From assembly GCA_014379585.1 (NCBI GenBank), contig JACMLN010000098.1:1-64000 (forward strand): a stretch of 64,000 nucleotides of DNA. The letters are read 5' to 3'. Position 1 is the stretch's first letter, and each line of letters opens with the position of its first letter. The notes beneath the pieces were generated by a model. The model was not told where the DNA came from, ran no database searches, and saw only the letters and a list, made by a program, of their open reading frames with translations. The DNA comes from Gloeobacterales cyanobacterium ES-bin-313 (GTDB lineage: Bacteria > Cyanobacteriota > Cyanobacteriia > Gloeobacterales > Gloeobacteraceae). Positions 9,907 to 19,595 of the stretch are shown here, piece after piece. Made by a program: the position numbers and the translations under genes.

Positions 9907-10980
9907 ATGCGCCTACTTTTTGTCGCCTCCGCTGTTGGCCCGCTTGGCACGGGGATCGCGGGTGGGGTGGAGTTGAATCTGCTCAACCTCGCCCACGCTC
10001 TCCAAGCGCGTGGCCATGTCGTACATATTGTTGCTCCTGCTGGCAGTCGCACCGGAGAAATACCGCTCGTTTGGCAAGCGCAAGGTCTTCCTCCCGCCTT
10101 TGCCCAAGGGGAAACGCGCGATAGCCCTGTAATCCTTCCCCAACCTTCCGTGCTGGCAAATCTCTGGGAGGGAGCGAGGGCACTTCAAAACGACTACGAC
10201 TTGATCGTCAATTGGGGCTACGACTGGCTTCCTCTCTATCTCACCCGTTTTTTCCAAACCCCTGTGCTCCATGTGATCAGCATGGGTTCGCTGTTGGATC
10301 ATATCGACAGTGCCATTGCTCAGGTGCTCTCCGATTGTCCAGGCACCGTCGCTGTCCACTCCCAAGCACAAGCTGAGACTTTCGTCGGCATCGAAAATTT
10401 GGTGATTCTTCCCTGTGGCATGGATCTCAGTGCTTATACCTTTTGCTCCAAGCCAGAAAATTATTTGGTCTGGATCGGGCGGATTGCCCCTGAGAAAGGT
10501 TTGGAAGATGCCCTCGCAGCAGCGGCACTTGCCAAGTTGCCTCTCTACGTCTTAGGCCGCCTCCAAGATCCCGGCTATTTTGCCCAGATCCAGGCTGATA
10601 ATCCAGGTGCCATCTTGAAATACTGTGGCTTCTTGCCCACCGACGAGATGCAATCAGTGGTTGGCAAAGCAAAGGCTTTACTTGTGACGCCGAAATGGAT
10701 TGAAGCCTTCGGTAATGTCGTCGTCGAAGCCCTCGCCTGCGGGGTGCCAGTGATTGCTTACCGTCGCGGTGGCCCCGCTGAAACGGTTCTCGATGCTATT
10801 ACTGGCTTTCTCACACCGCCCGACGATCCTTCTGCCCTAGTTGCTGCCATCGCCAAACTTGACACCATCGACCGTGCCCGTTGCCGTGCCCACGCCGAGG
10901 AAAACTACACTCTAAGCGTCATGACGGATCGCTTTGAAACCTGGTTCAGAAAACTGGACAAATCACAAAAACCGATCTAG
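9907..10980 (+). CDS. GT4-family (GT-B fold) glycosyltransferase
   Basis: C-terminal EAFGNVVVEALACGVPVIAYRRGGPAE motif typical of Glycos_transf_1. Confidence 0.8.
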   Translation: MRLLFVASAVGPLGTGIAGGVELNLLNLAHALQARGHVVHIVAPAGSRTGEIPLVWQAQGLPPAFAQGETRDSPVILPQPSVLANLWEGARALQNDYDLIVNWGYDWLPLYLTRFFQTPVLHVISMGSLLDHIDSAIAQVLSDCPGTVAVHSQAQAETFVGIENLVILPCGMDLSAYTFCSKPENYLVWIGRIAPEKGLEDALAAAALAKLPLYVLGRLQDPGYFAQIQADNPGAILKYCGFLPTDEMQSVVGKAKALLVTPKWIEAFGNVVVEALACGVPVIAYRRGGPAETVLDAITGFLTPPDDPSALVAAIAKLDTIDRARCRAHAEENYTLSVMTDRFETWFRKLDKSQKPI

Positions 10981-11009
10981 AATATGGACAGATAATCACA
11001 AGTGCCGCC

Positions 11010-11348
11010 ATGATCTCTCCTCTGCCTCGCAAACTGTCTGGTCGCACCCCTGTCCAAGTCCGTCGCGACCTCCGCCTAGAAGTCCAAGCTTGCCTTTTCG
11101 CTTGCCGCCTCAAGCTTTCCATCCTGCGCGTCCACTTTGACTGCATTCCAGGGCCACGGGAATGGCCTGCTATTCCCGACTTTCCCAAATCCGTGGCACG
11201 CGGCCACGCCCTCGACAGCGAAGTTGTGCAGTTGATGGCGCTTGCTGCGGCTGGTTACGCCGATCAGATCAGTGACCCGCTTTGGCGACAACGCGCTTTA
11301 GATCTCTACAAACGAGAAGTAGCGACAAGTGAGCGGACGACGGCGTAA
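11010..11348 (+). CDS. hypothetical protein
   Basis: 112-aa ORF filling a 370-bp gap; protein-like C-terminal half; no recognisable motif. Confidence 0.25.
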   Translation: MISPLPRKLSGRTPVQVRRDLRLEVQACLFACRLKLSILRVHFDCIPGPREWPAIPDFPKSVARGHALDSEVVQLMALAAAGYADQISDPLWRQRALDLYKREVATSERTTA

Positions 11349-12449
11349 TTAGCGATCCAGAATACGGCCAGCACCCCAATAGATTTTGCGCAATTTCACT
11401 TCATAGTCACTGCTGCCATTCAGGTCATTCATGGCAATGCCATCGTTACCTTTGGAGGAGTGGATAAACTTTCCCTCGCCAATGTAAATACCTGTATGGG
11501 TTGCCCGCTTCCCGTTCTCGCTAAAAAAGAGCAAATCTCCCGACTCTAGCTGTTTCCAGTCCTCCACTTTAGGGGCGATGGGTCTGGCATAGGCTTGTTG
11601 CTGATAAGAGTCTCTCGGAATCCCTTTGCCTGAAAGTCGATAGACAATTTGATTAAAGGCACTGCAATCCAGGTTGCGATCTGCCACTCCACCCCAAAGA
11701 TAGTGGGTTGGCTGGTCAGCTAACAAAAGCTTTGCATAGCTCACGATGCTCGAACGTTTCGGGGTTTCGTTCGCCTTCACAGGTTGGACGACAAGTGCAG
11801 AGAGGGCGATCGTTTTCCCTTCTGGCGAAAGAATGAAGGTGGTATCTGTGGGGGGAATGCGCTTGGGAGCAACAGGCAAAATGCTCCCCCGTGGAAAGTC
11901 AGGTTTGGTGTTGAGGAGGACAACTTTCGGAAGTGCCGACCACTTGAGATAATCCGTTGCAGACCAACGCAGGATATATTTCGCTTCTATCCAGCCAGGG
12001 TAGTCGTCCCAATCCCGCAGAACTTTGAGCCACTGACCATCTTGGCTCACAGCTAAAATTTTCAGTGTGTCACCAGCGAGTGCTTGCGATTCAAGTCCAG
12101 AGTCCCCACGGGGTTCAGCCCGCATATCCACTACCCCAAGACGCACAATCCCGTAAGGCAGGCTACCGACTTGTGCAAAGGGGAAAACTTCGATCTGATC
12201 ATCAACCTTGCCAACCCGCTCGTAGAGTTTGTGTAGGGCGACGCGGTCTTTATTGGTCAGGACTTGGCCACGGAGGAGCATTTTTCCCTCCACGTCGCTA
12301 GCCTGGACATTGAGAACAGCCTGGGAACCGTAGCCCTTCGGCAAGGTCTCACTATATTGTTTGACCAATAGTTGCAAATCTGGGGGCACTGCCCAAGCTC
12401 CTCCAGCAAATAGGCACCAAAAAATTAGGGGTAGTAGACGCTGAATCAT
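11349..12449 (-). CDS. NlpC/P60 family peptidoglycan endopeptidase with N-terminal SH3-like domains
   Basis: C-terminal DCSAF ... HTGIYIG catalytic Cys/His pattern; signal peptide if started at MIQRLLPLIFW (12449). Confidence 0.75.
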   Translation of the reverse strand: MIQRLLPLIFWCLFAGGAWAVPPDLQLLVKQYSETLPKGYGSQAVLNVQASDVEGKMLLRGQVLTNKDRVALHKLYERVGKVDDQIEVFPFAQVGSLPYGIVRLGVVDMRAEPRGDSGLESQALAGDTLKILAVSQDGQWLKVLRDWDDYPGWIEAKYILRWSATDYLKWSALPKVVLLNTKPDFPRGSILPVAPKRIPPTDTTFILSPEGKTIALSALVVQPVKANETPKRSSIVSYAKLLLADQPTHYLWGGVADRNLDCSAFNQIVYRLSGKGIPRDSYQQQAYARPIAPKVEDWKQLESGDLLFFSENGKRATHTGIYIGEGKFIHSSKGNDGIAMNDLNGSSDYEVKLRKIYWGAGRILDR

Positions 12450-12748
12450 CCGTTGTTGCGTCCTTCTGGGACTTGCCAATCTAAGCAGCGATCTTGCTCT
12501 GGCCAACCATCGGGATGCAGGGAGCAAACAACGTAGCGGTTCTGGGCAAAGTATTGGCACTTGTGACAGTAGGGCTGAGTGCCGGGAGCACGACGCACTT
12601 CGCCCACAGTCCGCCGAATTGTCGCGAGCTGCTCATCGGTCTGTTTAAGTTGTTGTTGGATGAGCAAAAACTGAACGGTAACGGCAACAAAGACGACTGG
12701 AACCACTGATAGCAACAGAAGACTCATAGTAAACACCACTATGCGCAT
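12446..12748 (-). CDS. small membrane-anchored Cys-rich hypothetical protein
   Basis: One TM helix followed by CHKC ... C ... C; ATGA overlap with the NlpC/P60 start. Confidence 0.35.
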   Translation of the reverse strand: MRIVVFTMSLLLLSVVPVVFVAVTVQFLLIQQQLKQTDEQLATIRRTVGEVRRAPGTQPYCHKCQYFAQNRYVVCSLHPDGWPEQDRCLDWQVPEGRNNG

Positions 12749-12819
12749 CGACCTATACAGTAGCCTCTGTTTTGGTTTTGAGCTTACAATGACAACGGTC
12801 TTAACTTGGAGCAGACACG

Positions 12820-13563
12820 ATGGTTGCTATCCTACAACAAGCTTTCGCCGCCAAAAGAGCCGTCAAAATTATTGCCGGACTCAACAATTTTGATGCCGGG
12901 AGCGTCAGTCGCATTGTTCGCGCTGCTGAACGTGGAGGAGCAACTTTTGTCGATATTGCCTGTGAACCAACACTCGTACGCATGGTGCGCAGCCTTACTG
13001 ATTTGCCTGTTTGTGCCTCAGCTATCGAGCCAGAAGCATTGCTGACCGCTGTACGCAACGGTGCAGATGCCGTTGAAATCGGCAACTTCGACAGTTTTTA
13101 TGCAGAGGGTCGTCACTTCGACGCAGAAATAGTGCTCAAGCTCACCCGCGACACCCGCGACTTGATCGGTGACAAAATCTTGCTCTCGGTCACCGTGCCC
13201 CACACCCTCAGCCTTGACGAGCAGGTCACGTTGGCAGTGCAACTCGAACAATCCGGTGCCAGTTTGATCCAGACCGAAGGCGGAACTTCGAGCAACCCGA
13301 CCCACCCCGGCAGTTTAGGGCTGATCGAAAAAGCAGCCCCCACCTTAGCCGCGGCCTACGAAATTGCCCGCGCTGTGAATATTCCGGTGCTCTGTGCCAG
13401 TGGGCTTTCAGCAGTGACAGTGCCCATGGCTCTGGCCGCTGGTGCTTCTGGCGTTGGCATCGGTTCAGCCGTCAATCGCCTCAACGATGAAATCGCAATG
13501 ATCGCCCAAGTGCGAGCCATCGTCGAAGCGGTTGAAGCAGCCAGTCAACTTGCCCGCCGGTGA
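12820..13563 (+). CDS. ycf23: Ycf23/DUF561-like TIM-barrel protein
   Basis: KIIAGLNNFD N-terminal motif and glycine-rich barrel segments; 247 aa. Confidence 0.5.
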   Translation: MVAILQQAFAAKRAVKIIAGLNNFDAGSVSRIVRAAERGGATFVDIACEPTLVRMVRSLTDLPVCASAIEPEALLTAVRNGADAVEIGNFDSFYAEGRHFDAEIVLKLTRDTRDLIGDKILLSVTVPHTLSLDEQVTLAVQLEQSGASLIQTEGGTSSNPTHPGSLGLIEKAAPTLAAAYEIARAVNIPVLCASGLSAVTVPMALAAGASGVGIGSAVNRLNDEIAMIAQVRAIVEAVEAASQLARR

Positions 13564-13928
13564 AAACGATTCGTGGCGAAGGCAATCAAGGCCCCTACTC
13601 CCAAGTTGTGATTCACGGGGACATGGTCTACACCAGTGGCCAGATCCCCGTGGTTCCAGGCACGGGAGAGATCGTTACTGGAAACATCGAAGTCCAGGCG
13701 GCTCAAGCACTCACAAACCTAAAAGCAGTTCTCGCCCTCGCAGGCACGGACATGGAACATGTTTTGAAGACGACCGTGTTTCTCACCGACATGGCCGACT
13801 TCGGTGCTGTTAACGAAATCTACAAGACTTTTTTTACAGCCCATCTGCCAGCTCGCTCCTGCGTCCAGGTTGCTGCTCTGCCGAGGGGAGTCAAAGTTGA
13901 AGTCGAAGCGGTTGCCATTCTCCCCTGA
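13560..13928 (+). CDS. ridA: RidA/YjgF family reactive-intermediate deaminase
   Basis: GPYSQ ... conserved C-terminal motif; 122 aa; ATGA overlap with the upstream gene. Confidence 0.8.
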   Translation: MKTIRGEGNQGPYSQVVIHGDMVYTSGQIPVVPGTGEIVTGNIEVQAAQALTNLKAVLALAGTDMEHVLKTTVFLTDMADFGAVNEIYKTFFTAHLPARSCVQVAALPRGVKVEVEAVAILP

Positions 13929-13954
13929 GCTATGGTAAACTCTCGGAAAAGTAT

Positions 13955-14027
13955 GCGCTCGTAGCCTAGGGGATCAGGCAACAAACTTCTAATTTGTCTT
14001 ACGTAGGTTCAAGTCCTACCGGGCGCA
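13955..14027 (+). tRNA. tRNA-Arg (anticodon UCU)
   Basis: Hand-folded cloverleaf: acceptor GCGCTCG/CGGGCGC, anticodon stem ACAAA/TTTGT, loop CTTCTAA, T-arm GTAGG-TTCAAGT-CCTAC, discriminator A; 73 nt. Confidence 0.8.
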
Positions 14028-14036
14028 CTCCAAGAC

Positions 14037-14387
14037 TTAATAGCGATTGCGGTGGTTATAGTCGCGCTTTTCGCGGTAGATAGAGCGTGACAAAGCTTCT
14101 TGCCGACGTTGAATATCGCGGATTTCCCAAGATTGCAGCCCATTATAGGCGTAGCGATTCAGAGACGATTGTAATTGGACTGAGCGTGCCTGGAGACGAT
14201 TGTATTCTTTGCGATTGAGAGTACCATTTTGGACACCTTGAGCGATGCGTTGTTGATCACTCTGGATACGGGTATTCAGGTTGTTGTAGGCCGATTGCCC
14301 GTTGTAGTAGGGTGTTTGCGCAAAGACTGCAGTGCTTCCGAGCAGGGTAGAAGCGACCACCAATCCAGCAATGAATAAATTCTTCAT
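14037..14387 (-). CDS. small secreted hypothetical protein
   Basis: Cleavable signal peptide (AVFA-QT), Q/N/R-rich mature part. Confidence 0.45.
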   Translation of the reverse strand: MKNLFIAGLVVASTLLGSTAVFAQTPYYNGQSAYNNLNTRIQSDQQRIAQGVQNGTLNRKEYNRLQARSVQLQSSLNRYAYNGLQSWEIRDIQRRQEALSRSIYREKRDYNHRNRY

Positions 14388-14500
14388 CAGTTAATTCCAT
14401 TTGTGAGGGACACCCCTTTAGACAACATAGTGCCATGGGTAAGTTCACTACGAAGGGCTAGTTATTGGCAAACAATTCGCCGCTTTCTCCCCTTGACAAT

Positions 14501-15517
14501 CTAAATGAAGACGACCCGCTCTGGCTGCTCGATAACGCGCCCGACGGTGAAAACAACTTCGCCTTGATCGTACAGGAAAGTCTTGAGATCTTCTGCTTGC
14601 TCTGGAGGGCAAGCGATCACCATACCGAGACCTTGGTTATAGGTTTTGTCCATCTCACTCTGAGAAACGGAGCCAACTTCGGCGAGCCAATGAAATATCG
14701 GTGGAACCGCCCAAGAGCCACGTTGGAGTTCGGCGCTCAGACCACCGAGGGCACGGGGAATATTTTCAACGAGGCCACCGCCAGTGATGTGGGCGATGCC
14801 GCGCAAGTCGAAGCCCGCTTTTAGAGCAGCCAGAACAGGTTTGACGTAGATGCGCGTTGGGGTCAATAGGGTTTCACCTAGCGAGGCAGTGAAACCTTCG
14901 GGGCTTGCATCCCACGGGAGGCCACTGAATTCGACGATACGGCGGACAAGGCTAAAACCGTTGGAATGCACACCACTACTGGCAAGGCCAATCAAGCTAT
15001 CGCCCGGACAGACCCGCTGAGGATCGATCATTTTGCTGCGTTCGACGATGCCGACACAAAAACCGGCAACATCGTATTCGCCGGGGGCATAGAAACCAGG
15101 CATCTCCGCTGTTTCACCTCCGATCAGGCTACAGCCCGCTTGAATACAGCCATCGGCAATCCCCTCCACCACACCTGCCATCTGTTCCGGCGAGAGTTTC
15201 CCGGTAGCCAAGTAATCCAAGAAAAACAGAGGTTCTGCACCCTGGGCAAGCACATCGTTCACGCACATTGCCACACAGTCGATGCCAATCGTATCGTGGC
15301 GATTCAGGGCAAAGGCGAGTTTGAGTTTGGTACCCACACCATCGGTACCAGCCACCAGAACTGGTTCTGTGTAGCCAGTAGGTAGAGCAAACAGACCACC
15401 AAATCCGCCTAAGCCCCCTAACACACCAGGGCGATGGGTTCGCTCCACAGCCTTCCTAATCCGCGAGACCATGGCATAGCCCGCTTCAATATCGACGCCC
15501 GCTGATTTGTAATCCAT
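14501..15517 (-). CDS. purM: phosphoribosylformylglycinamidine cyclo-ligase (AIR synthetase)
   Basis: [14 protein letters not shown]-terminus and full-length PurM-like sequence. Confidence 0.95.
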   Translation of the reverse strand: MDYKSAGVDIEAGYAMVSRIRKAVERTHRPGVLGGLGGFGGLFALPTGYTEPVLVAGTDGVGTKLKLAFALNRHDTIGIDCVAMCVNDVLAQGAEPLFFLDYLATGKLSPEQMAGVVEGIADGCIQAGCSLIGGETAEMPGFYAPGEYDVAGFCVGIVERSKMIDPQRVCPGDSLIGLASSGVHSNGFSLVRRIVEFSGLPWDASPEGFTASLGETLLTPTRIYVKPVLAALKAGFDLRGIAHITGGGLVENIPRALGGLSAELQRGSWAVPPIFHWLAEVGSVSQSEMDKTYNQGLGMVIACPPEQAEDLKTFLYDQGEVVFTVGRVIEQPERVVFI

Positions 15518-15533
15518 AAGAAGCTTCCGTTTC

Positions 15534-15628
15534 GCTGGTATCTTTTTGCTGTTACCCCTACTACCTTCCCATGTTGCGCAGGCAGTTTACAACGCAAGCA
15601 ATATTCGCGGGATTGGGATGGGCTTCTG
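15534..15628. repeat. direct repeat copy 1 (about 95 bp, about 90% identical to 16416-16510)
   Basis: Aligned by eye: gctggtatcttttt[g/a]ctgttacccctactaccttcccatgttgcg ... shared at both loci. Confidence 0.85.
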
Positions 15629-15777
15629 CCCAACCTGCCCGTAGGAAGTTGTACCGTAGAAGAGAGCTGGGAAATAAGCTGGGAGAGCTTCTAGAAAGCA
15701 AGTTACGAGTAGTTTTTCATCGGCAAGCAGTTTCATCAAAAAAGCTCTGATCCAATCACTAAAAAGGAACATTACTT

Positions 15778-16008
15778 ATGGCAACGATTACGCTTCAAGA
15801 AGCACAAGCCAAATTGCCCGATCTCATTCACAATCTCAAACCGGGTGAAGAGTTGCTCATTACAGAGAATGAGCGTCCACTAGCAAAGCTAGTCGGGCAA
15901 TCGCTTTCGGTATCCCAACGTCCTGGGCCAGGGCTTTGTAAGGGAATGATAACCATCGTTGAAGATGATGATGAACACTTGCGGGACTTTGCCGATTACA
16001 TGCCATGA
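15778..16008 (+). CDS. Phd/YefM-like type II antitoxin
   Basis: MATITLQEAQAKLPDLI ... GEELLITENERPLAKLV pattern; ATGA overlap with the downstream PIN gene. Confidence 0.55.
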   Translation: MATITLQEAQAKLPDLIHNLKPGEELLITENERPLAKLVGQSLSVSQRPGPGLCKGMITIVEDDDEHLRDFADYMP

Positions 16009-16391
16009 GGTACCTTCTCGATTCCCATGTACTGCTCTGGTACACACTCGGCGAAGCGCAGCTCAGTGGTACGGCAAGCAGGTTGATTTTGGATGCAGCC
16101 AACGAAATTCTGATAAGTCCAGCATCTTACTGGGAGATTGCCATCAAAGTCAGCATTGGCAAACTCGCTTTGCATCAGCCCTACGAGGATTTTGTGGATG
16201 CGTGTCTAAACAGGTACGGTTTTACGATCCTTCCTATTACTCCAAAACATACGAATGCCTTGACCACGATGCTCTTTCACCACAAAGATCCATTTGATCG
16301 TCTCTTAGTGGCTCAGGCGCTGGTAGAAGAGATTCCCATCGTAAGTATCGATGTCATTCTCGATAAGTATGGGATCAAGCGTATCTGGTAG
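16005..16391 (+). CDS. vapC: PIN-domain VapC-family toxin
   Basis: YLLDSHVLLW, SPASYWEIAIK, DPFDRLLVAQA, IVSID conserved acidic residues. Confidence 0.8.
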   Translation: MRYLLDSHVLLWYTLGEAQLSGTASRLILDAANEILISPASYWEIAIKVSIGKLALHQPYEDFVDACLNRYGFTILPITPKHTNALTTMLFHHKDPFDRLLVAQALVEEIPIVSIDVILDKYGIKRIW

Positions 16392-16415
16392 CTAGAAGGC
16401 TGATTTGCCGTCAAG

Positions 16416-16510
16416 GCTGGTATCTTTTTACTGTTACCCCTACTACCTTCCCATGTTGCGTAGGCAGTTTACAACGCAAGCAATATTTGCGAGTTTGGGG
16501 TGGGCGTTTG
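16416..16510. repeat. direct repeat copy 2, overlapping the promoter, start codon and signal peptide of the downstream gene
   Basis: See copy 1. Confidence 0.85.
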
Positions 16511-17271
16511 CCAGTTTGCCCGCCCGCGCAGATCTAGAAGTGCCCCTTGAACCTTTTTTGCCCATCCCCGGTTGGCTTGGCTTTGCCACGGTAGTCGGCA
16601 AAAAGCCACAACGCTTTACTTGGTCACCCAGACATCCTAAGGCCCAAGTCGTCATTCCTGACCAAGAGCAATTTTGGCTGAAGTCTTCAGTCGGTACGAA
16701 ACTGATCGCCATCGACAGTACGGGTAGTGCTGGGGTGAATTCTCTGGGCTTCTCAGAACAGCGCTATGGCTGCGAGGGCAACACCATGGGTATGGCTGGG
16801 TTTAGCGGGAGCCGAACGTTGCGCGAAGGTCCTGTCTGGCTGTTGCCGGGAGATTCGACTGCGCGGGTCTTTGCTGTACCTGTCACTGAGAAATCCACAG
16901 GCAAACCACAAAGCTCGGTGCGGACGTGGAGTATTGGTTCTTACAATCTCACCCTTCGCAAGACGGCTGCCTACGCTGTCAAGCTTGACACGGCTTTCGG
17001 TGGTCGTACTCTCCTAAGTGAACCCCTCAAAGTGTTGGATATAGCTGGTGCCGAAAATCAACCTGTCAATCTTCCCAAACTTTTTGCACCCAACAGTCTT
17101 CAGCCCGGTATCCCCCGACCGATTGCGGCCTTCCAAATGGGTTTCGGAGCCCCTTTGGCAATTATTCTCTGGATTCCAGGCTTCGAGGGCAACGATTTTC
17201 AGTTGCTTCTTGCCGAATCGACCCAAGCACGCCGCATTGATGCTGCCTACTTCTATTCTTGCGCTTTTTAG
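16453..17271 (+). CDS. secreted hypothetical protein
   Basis: Signal peptide [26 protein letters not shown]; no catalytic motif. Confidence 0.45.
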   Translation: MLRRQFTTQAIFASLGWAFASLPARADLEVPLEPFLPIPGWLGFATVVGKKPQRFTWSPRHPKAQVVIPDQEQFWLKSSVGTKLIAIDSTGSAGVNSLGFSEQRYGCEGNTMGMAGFSGSRTLREGPVWLLPGDSTARVFAVPVTEKSTGKPQSSVRTWSIGSYNLTLRKTAAYAVKLDTAFGGRTLLSEPLKVLDIAGAENQPVNLPKLFAPNSLQPGIPRPIAAFQMGFGAPLAIILWIPGFEGNDFQLLLAESTQARRIDAAYFYSCAF

Positions 17272-17390
17272 CACTTAAAGTACATATAAAAACATGAAGT
17301 CAAGCTGGCACGCTTCAGAGCAATCAGGCTTACTTCTGTTTCTCAAGGCTAGGCGATTTAATTAGCTTGATCTGGCCAGGATCGTTCAGA

Positions 17391-17834
17391 TTACAAAAAC
17401 CAGCCTTCATCGTCAGCATCCTGGATCGGTGCAGGAAAAGAAATGACTTCGCGCTTCATATCGTTGGCTTTGGCGCGCAGAGGAACAAGAGCACTTTGTG
17501 GTTGTGCCGGAGCGAGGGTGGTCTGCGGTTTTGCCTCGACTTTCGCAGGTTTTTCAAGCTTTGCAATGCGCTCTAGAAGCTCTTGCTCGCGCTTGCCACT
17601 GGCTGCTTTTGCGTCCTTCAAAAAGGCTTCGAGTTCAGCAACACGTTTGGCAAGGTCTGCTTCGTGGCGATGTTTTTCTGAAACTATCGGCTTTTCAGCT
17701 TCAGATAGCTGTTCAGATAGGGCTGCAATTTGCTCTTCGGCGCGGCCAAGGGCGGTTCGCAGTTCAACAATCGTCACTTCAAGATCTGCTTTGGTCGGAA
17801 CGCGTCTAGGGGTATTCATCGGGGTCTCACTCAT
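17391..17834 (-). CDS. coiled-coil hypothetical protein, last gene of the rbc operon
   Basis: E/K/A-rich heptad-like sequence; 8-nt overlap with the raf1 stop. Confidence 0.45.
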   Translation of the reverse strand: MSETPMNTPRRVPTKADLEVTIVELRTALGRAEEQIAALSEQLSEAEKPIVSEKHRHEADLAKRVAELEAFLKDAKAASGKREQELLERIAKLEKPAKVEAKPQTTLAPAQPQSALVPLRAKANDMKREVISFPAPIQDADDEGWFL

Positions 17835-18843
17835 CGGTCTGCCAGGGATCTTTCACGAGTTCTTCATCGAGAATAATCCTAGCGCGCAAAATCAAAATCA
17901 CTTGCCCTAAAAGGGCGGTTTCAGCTTCTTCAGCGAACCACTGTACCCCGGTAGCCGTGAGAAAATAGGCTTCTTGATCCCAGGTTTGTTGTTTGCGGTC
18001 TACGACTACGAGAACTTCTTCGAGCCGTCCTTCAAGACCGAGATCCGCGCTCGTTGCCAGAATAACGACTGGATCTACTGCTTTTTGGATCACTTGCCAA
18101 CCAGGCAGGGCAACCCACTGGGCACTGCTGCCAGAAGCCACCCGAAAAGGGCCAGATTCTGCCACGGCTGGCGCCGATTGCACGACCTCAACAGCAATAG
18201 GCAGACGACCCAACACCGGGAAGACGCGGGGGAGTTCCTCGCCATCTTCGAGGCGGTAGGTGGGCAGACGGGGGGCACGCGCCTTAGGTGACTCTGCCAT
18301 CTGCATCAATAAAGCTTCAATTTCTTTGCGGGCGGTTTCGCTGTGAGCCGAAGAAAGTCCCTGGGCGATCAAACGCGACCGCTCCCGGATGTCTTCGGTC
18401 TGCTTCGCCAACTTCCAGCAGCGGTAAGCAAGGGCATCCCCTGGGTGTTTCGTAAATCCAGGCGGGGGCGAATAGCCTTTCATCGCCCGGACAAGTTCGT
18501 GGGTGCGATCCACATCCAAACCTTTGGCTTGAATAAACGTCGCAGCCTCGACCCGCTCTGGCCCAGTCAGCACGCGCAACTCGTACAAAACATTGCTGCC
18601 GCTCTGCTCAAAGTGGGCAAGCACTTCAGCAGCGGCGGCAGCTTTTTCAAGGCTCCCAAAGACTTGGGAGCTGACGATGAACTGATTTTGGCGCGACGGC
18701 TCGAACCCCGTAGCCTCAAAGATGACCTGGGGGTCAATGCGCTGCTCCTGCAGTTGGTGGCACTTCTGTCCCCACTGCACCCAGTTGCCTTCCTTGCGGC
18801 GCAGGGAAAAGAGCAACGCTTCGGCGTCGAACGCTTCTGTCAT
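17827..18843 (-). CDS. raf1: Rubisco accumulation factor 1
   Basis: RRKEGNW, FEATGFEP, HPGDALAYRCWKLA, ERSRLIAQGL, W.ALPGWQ and VVVVDR segments as remembered for Raf1; start ATG overlaps the rbcS stop (TAATG). Confidence 0.7.
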   Translation of the reverse strand: MTEAFDAEALLFSLRRKEGNWVQWGQKCHQLQEQRIDPQVIFEATGFEPSRQNQFIVSSQVFGSLEKAAAAAEVLAHFEQSGSNVLYELRVLTGPERVEAATFIQAKGLDVDRTHELVRAMKGYSPPPGFTKHPGDALAYRCWKLAKQTEDIRERSRLIAQGLSSAHSETARKEIEALLMQMAESPKARAPRLPTYRLEDGEELPRVFPVLGRLPIAVEVVQSAPAVAESGPFRVASGSSAQWVALPGWQVIQKAVDPVVILATSADLGLEGRLEEVLVVVDRKQQTWDQEAYFLTATGVQWFAEEAETALLGQVILILRARIILDEELVKDPWQTDE

Positions 18844-19184
18844 TAGGGCTTGTAGACGATGAAGCTCGCCGCTTGACACTGACGGATGTTGTCGAAGCCG
18901 ATCATCCGCACGTAGCAGTTGGGGTAGGCTTTGCGGCAAGCATCGACTTCAGCGATCACTTCGTGGGTGCTCTTCGCACCGAGCAAAGGCAGTTTCCAAA
19001 GAGTCCAGTAGTGAACGGTCGGTTCGCTGGTTTCGTTGAATTCGATGGCGGGGATGTAACCCTTGTCGAGCATGTACTGCACCTGCTTGGTGATTTCCAA
19101 GTCGGTCAAGGGGGGCAGGTAGGACATGGTCTCGAAGTGACGCTTCTTGGGCAAAGTCTGCATGGTCATGCTCCTAAGTGGCAA
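18843..19184 (-). CDS. rbcS: RuBisCO small subunit
   Basis: [21 protein letters not shown] ... typical RbcS. Confidence 0.95.
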   Translation of the reverse strand: MPLRSMTMQTLPKKRHFETMSYLPPLTDLEITKQVQYMLDKGYIPAIEFNETSEPTVHYWTLWKLPLLGAKSTHEVIAEVDACRKAYPNCYVRMIGFDNIRQCQAASFIVYKP

Positions 19185-19188
19185 TAAT

Positions 19189-19566
19189 TTACTCGATTTC
19201 AGGCGGTTCTTCGCGACTCTCTGGAGATTGCAGTTGCATGGCGCGCTCCATGAACTGGGTCTGCTGCTGCTGGTTGGCTTGGCGCATTCCGGTCTTTGTT
19301 AATTCCGGCAGGCGATCAGCAATGGTCTCAGCGATGTGGGCACGAACCTCCATGACCCGAAAGGCCATGGCTGGATTCTCTGCAAAGAGGCGCTGCAGGT
19401 ACTCCTCACCGTCTTGGATGGCTGTCTGGCCCGAAAATCTTCGAAACCAAACGCTTTGCTTGGGATCCATTTCGCTCAACTGTTCGGCGATGGTGCGCAC
19501 TGCCTGGTATGTGAGGTAGGTGATCAACACCTTAGTTGTAGCGTCCGTGATCGTCTTGAAATCCAT
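19189..19566 (-). CDS. rbcX: RuBisCO assembly chaperone RbcX
   Basis: 125-aa helical protein between rbcL and rbcS; [16 protein letters not shown]-like N-terminus. Confidence 0.75.
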   Translation of the reverse strand: MDFKTITDATTKVLITYLTYQAVRTIAEQLSEMDPKQSVWFRRFSGQTAIQDGEEYLQRLFAENPAMAFRVMEVRAHIAETIADRLPELTKTGMRQANQQQQTQFMERAMQLQSPESREEPPEIE

Positions 19567-19595
19567 AGACGGTGGGGTACCGACAATGCGTGGGC

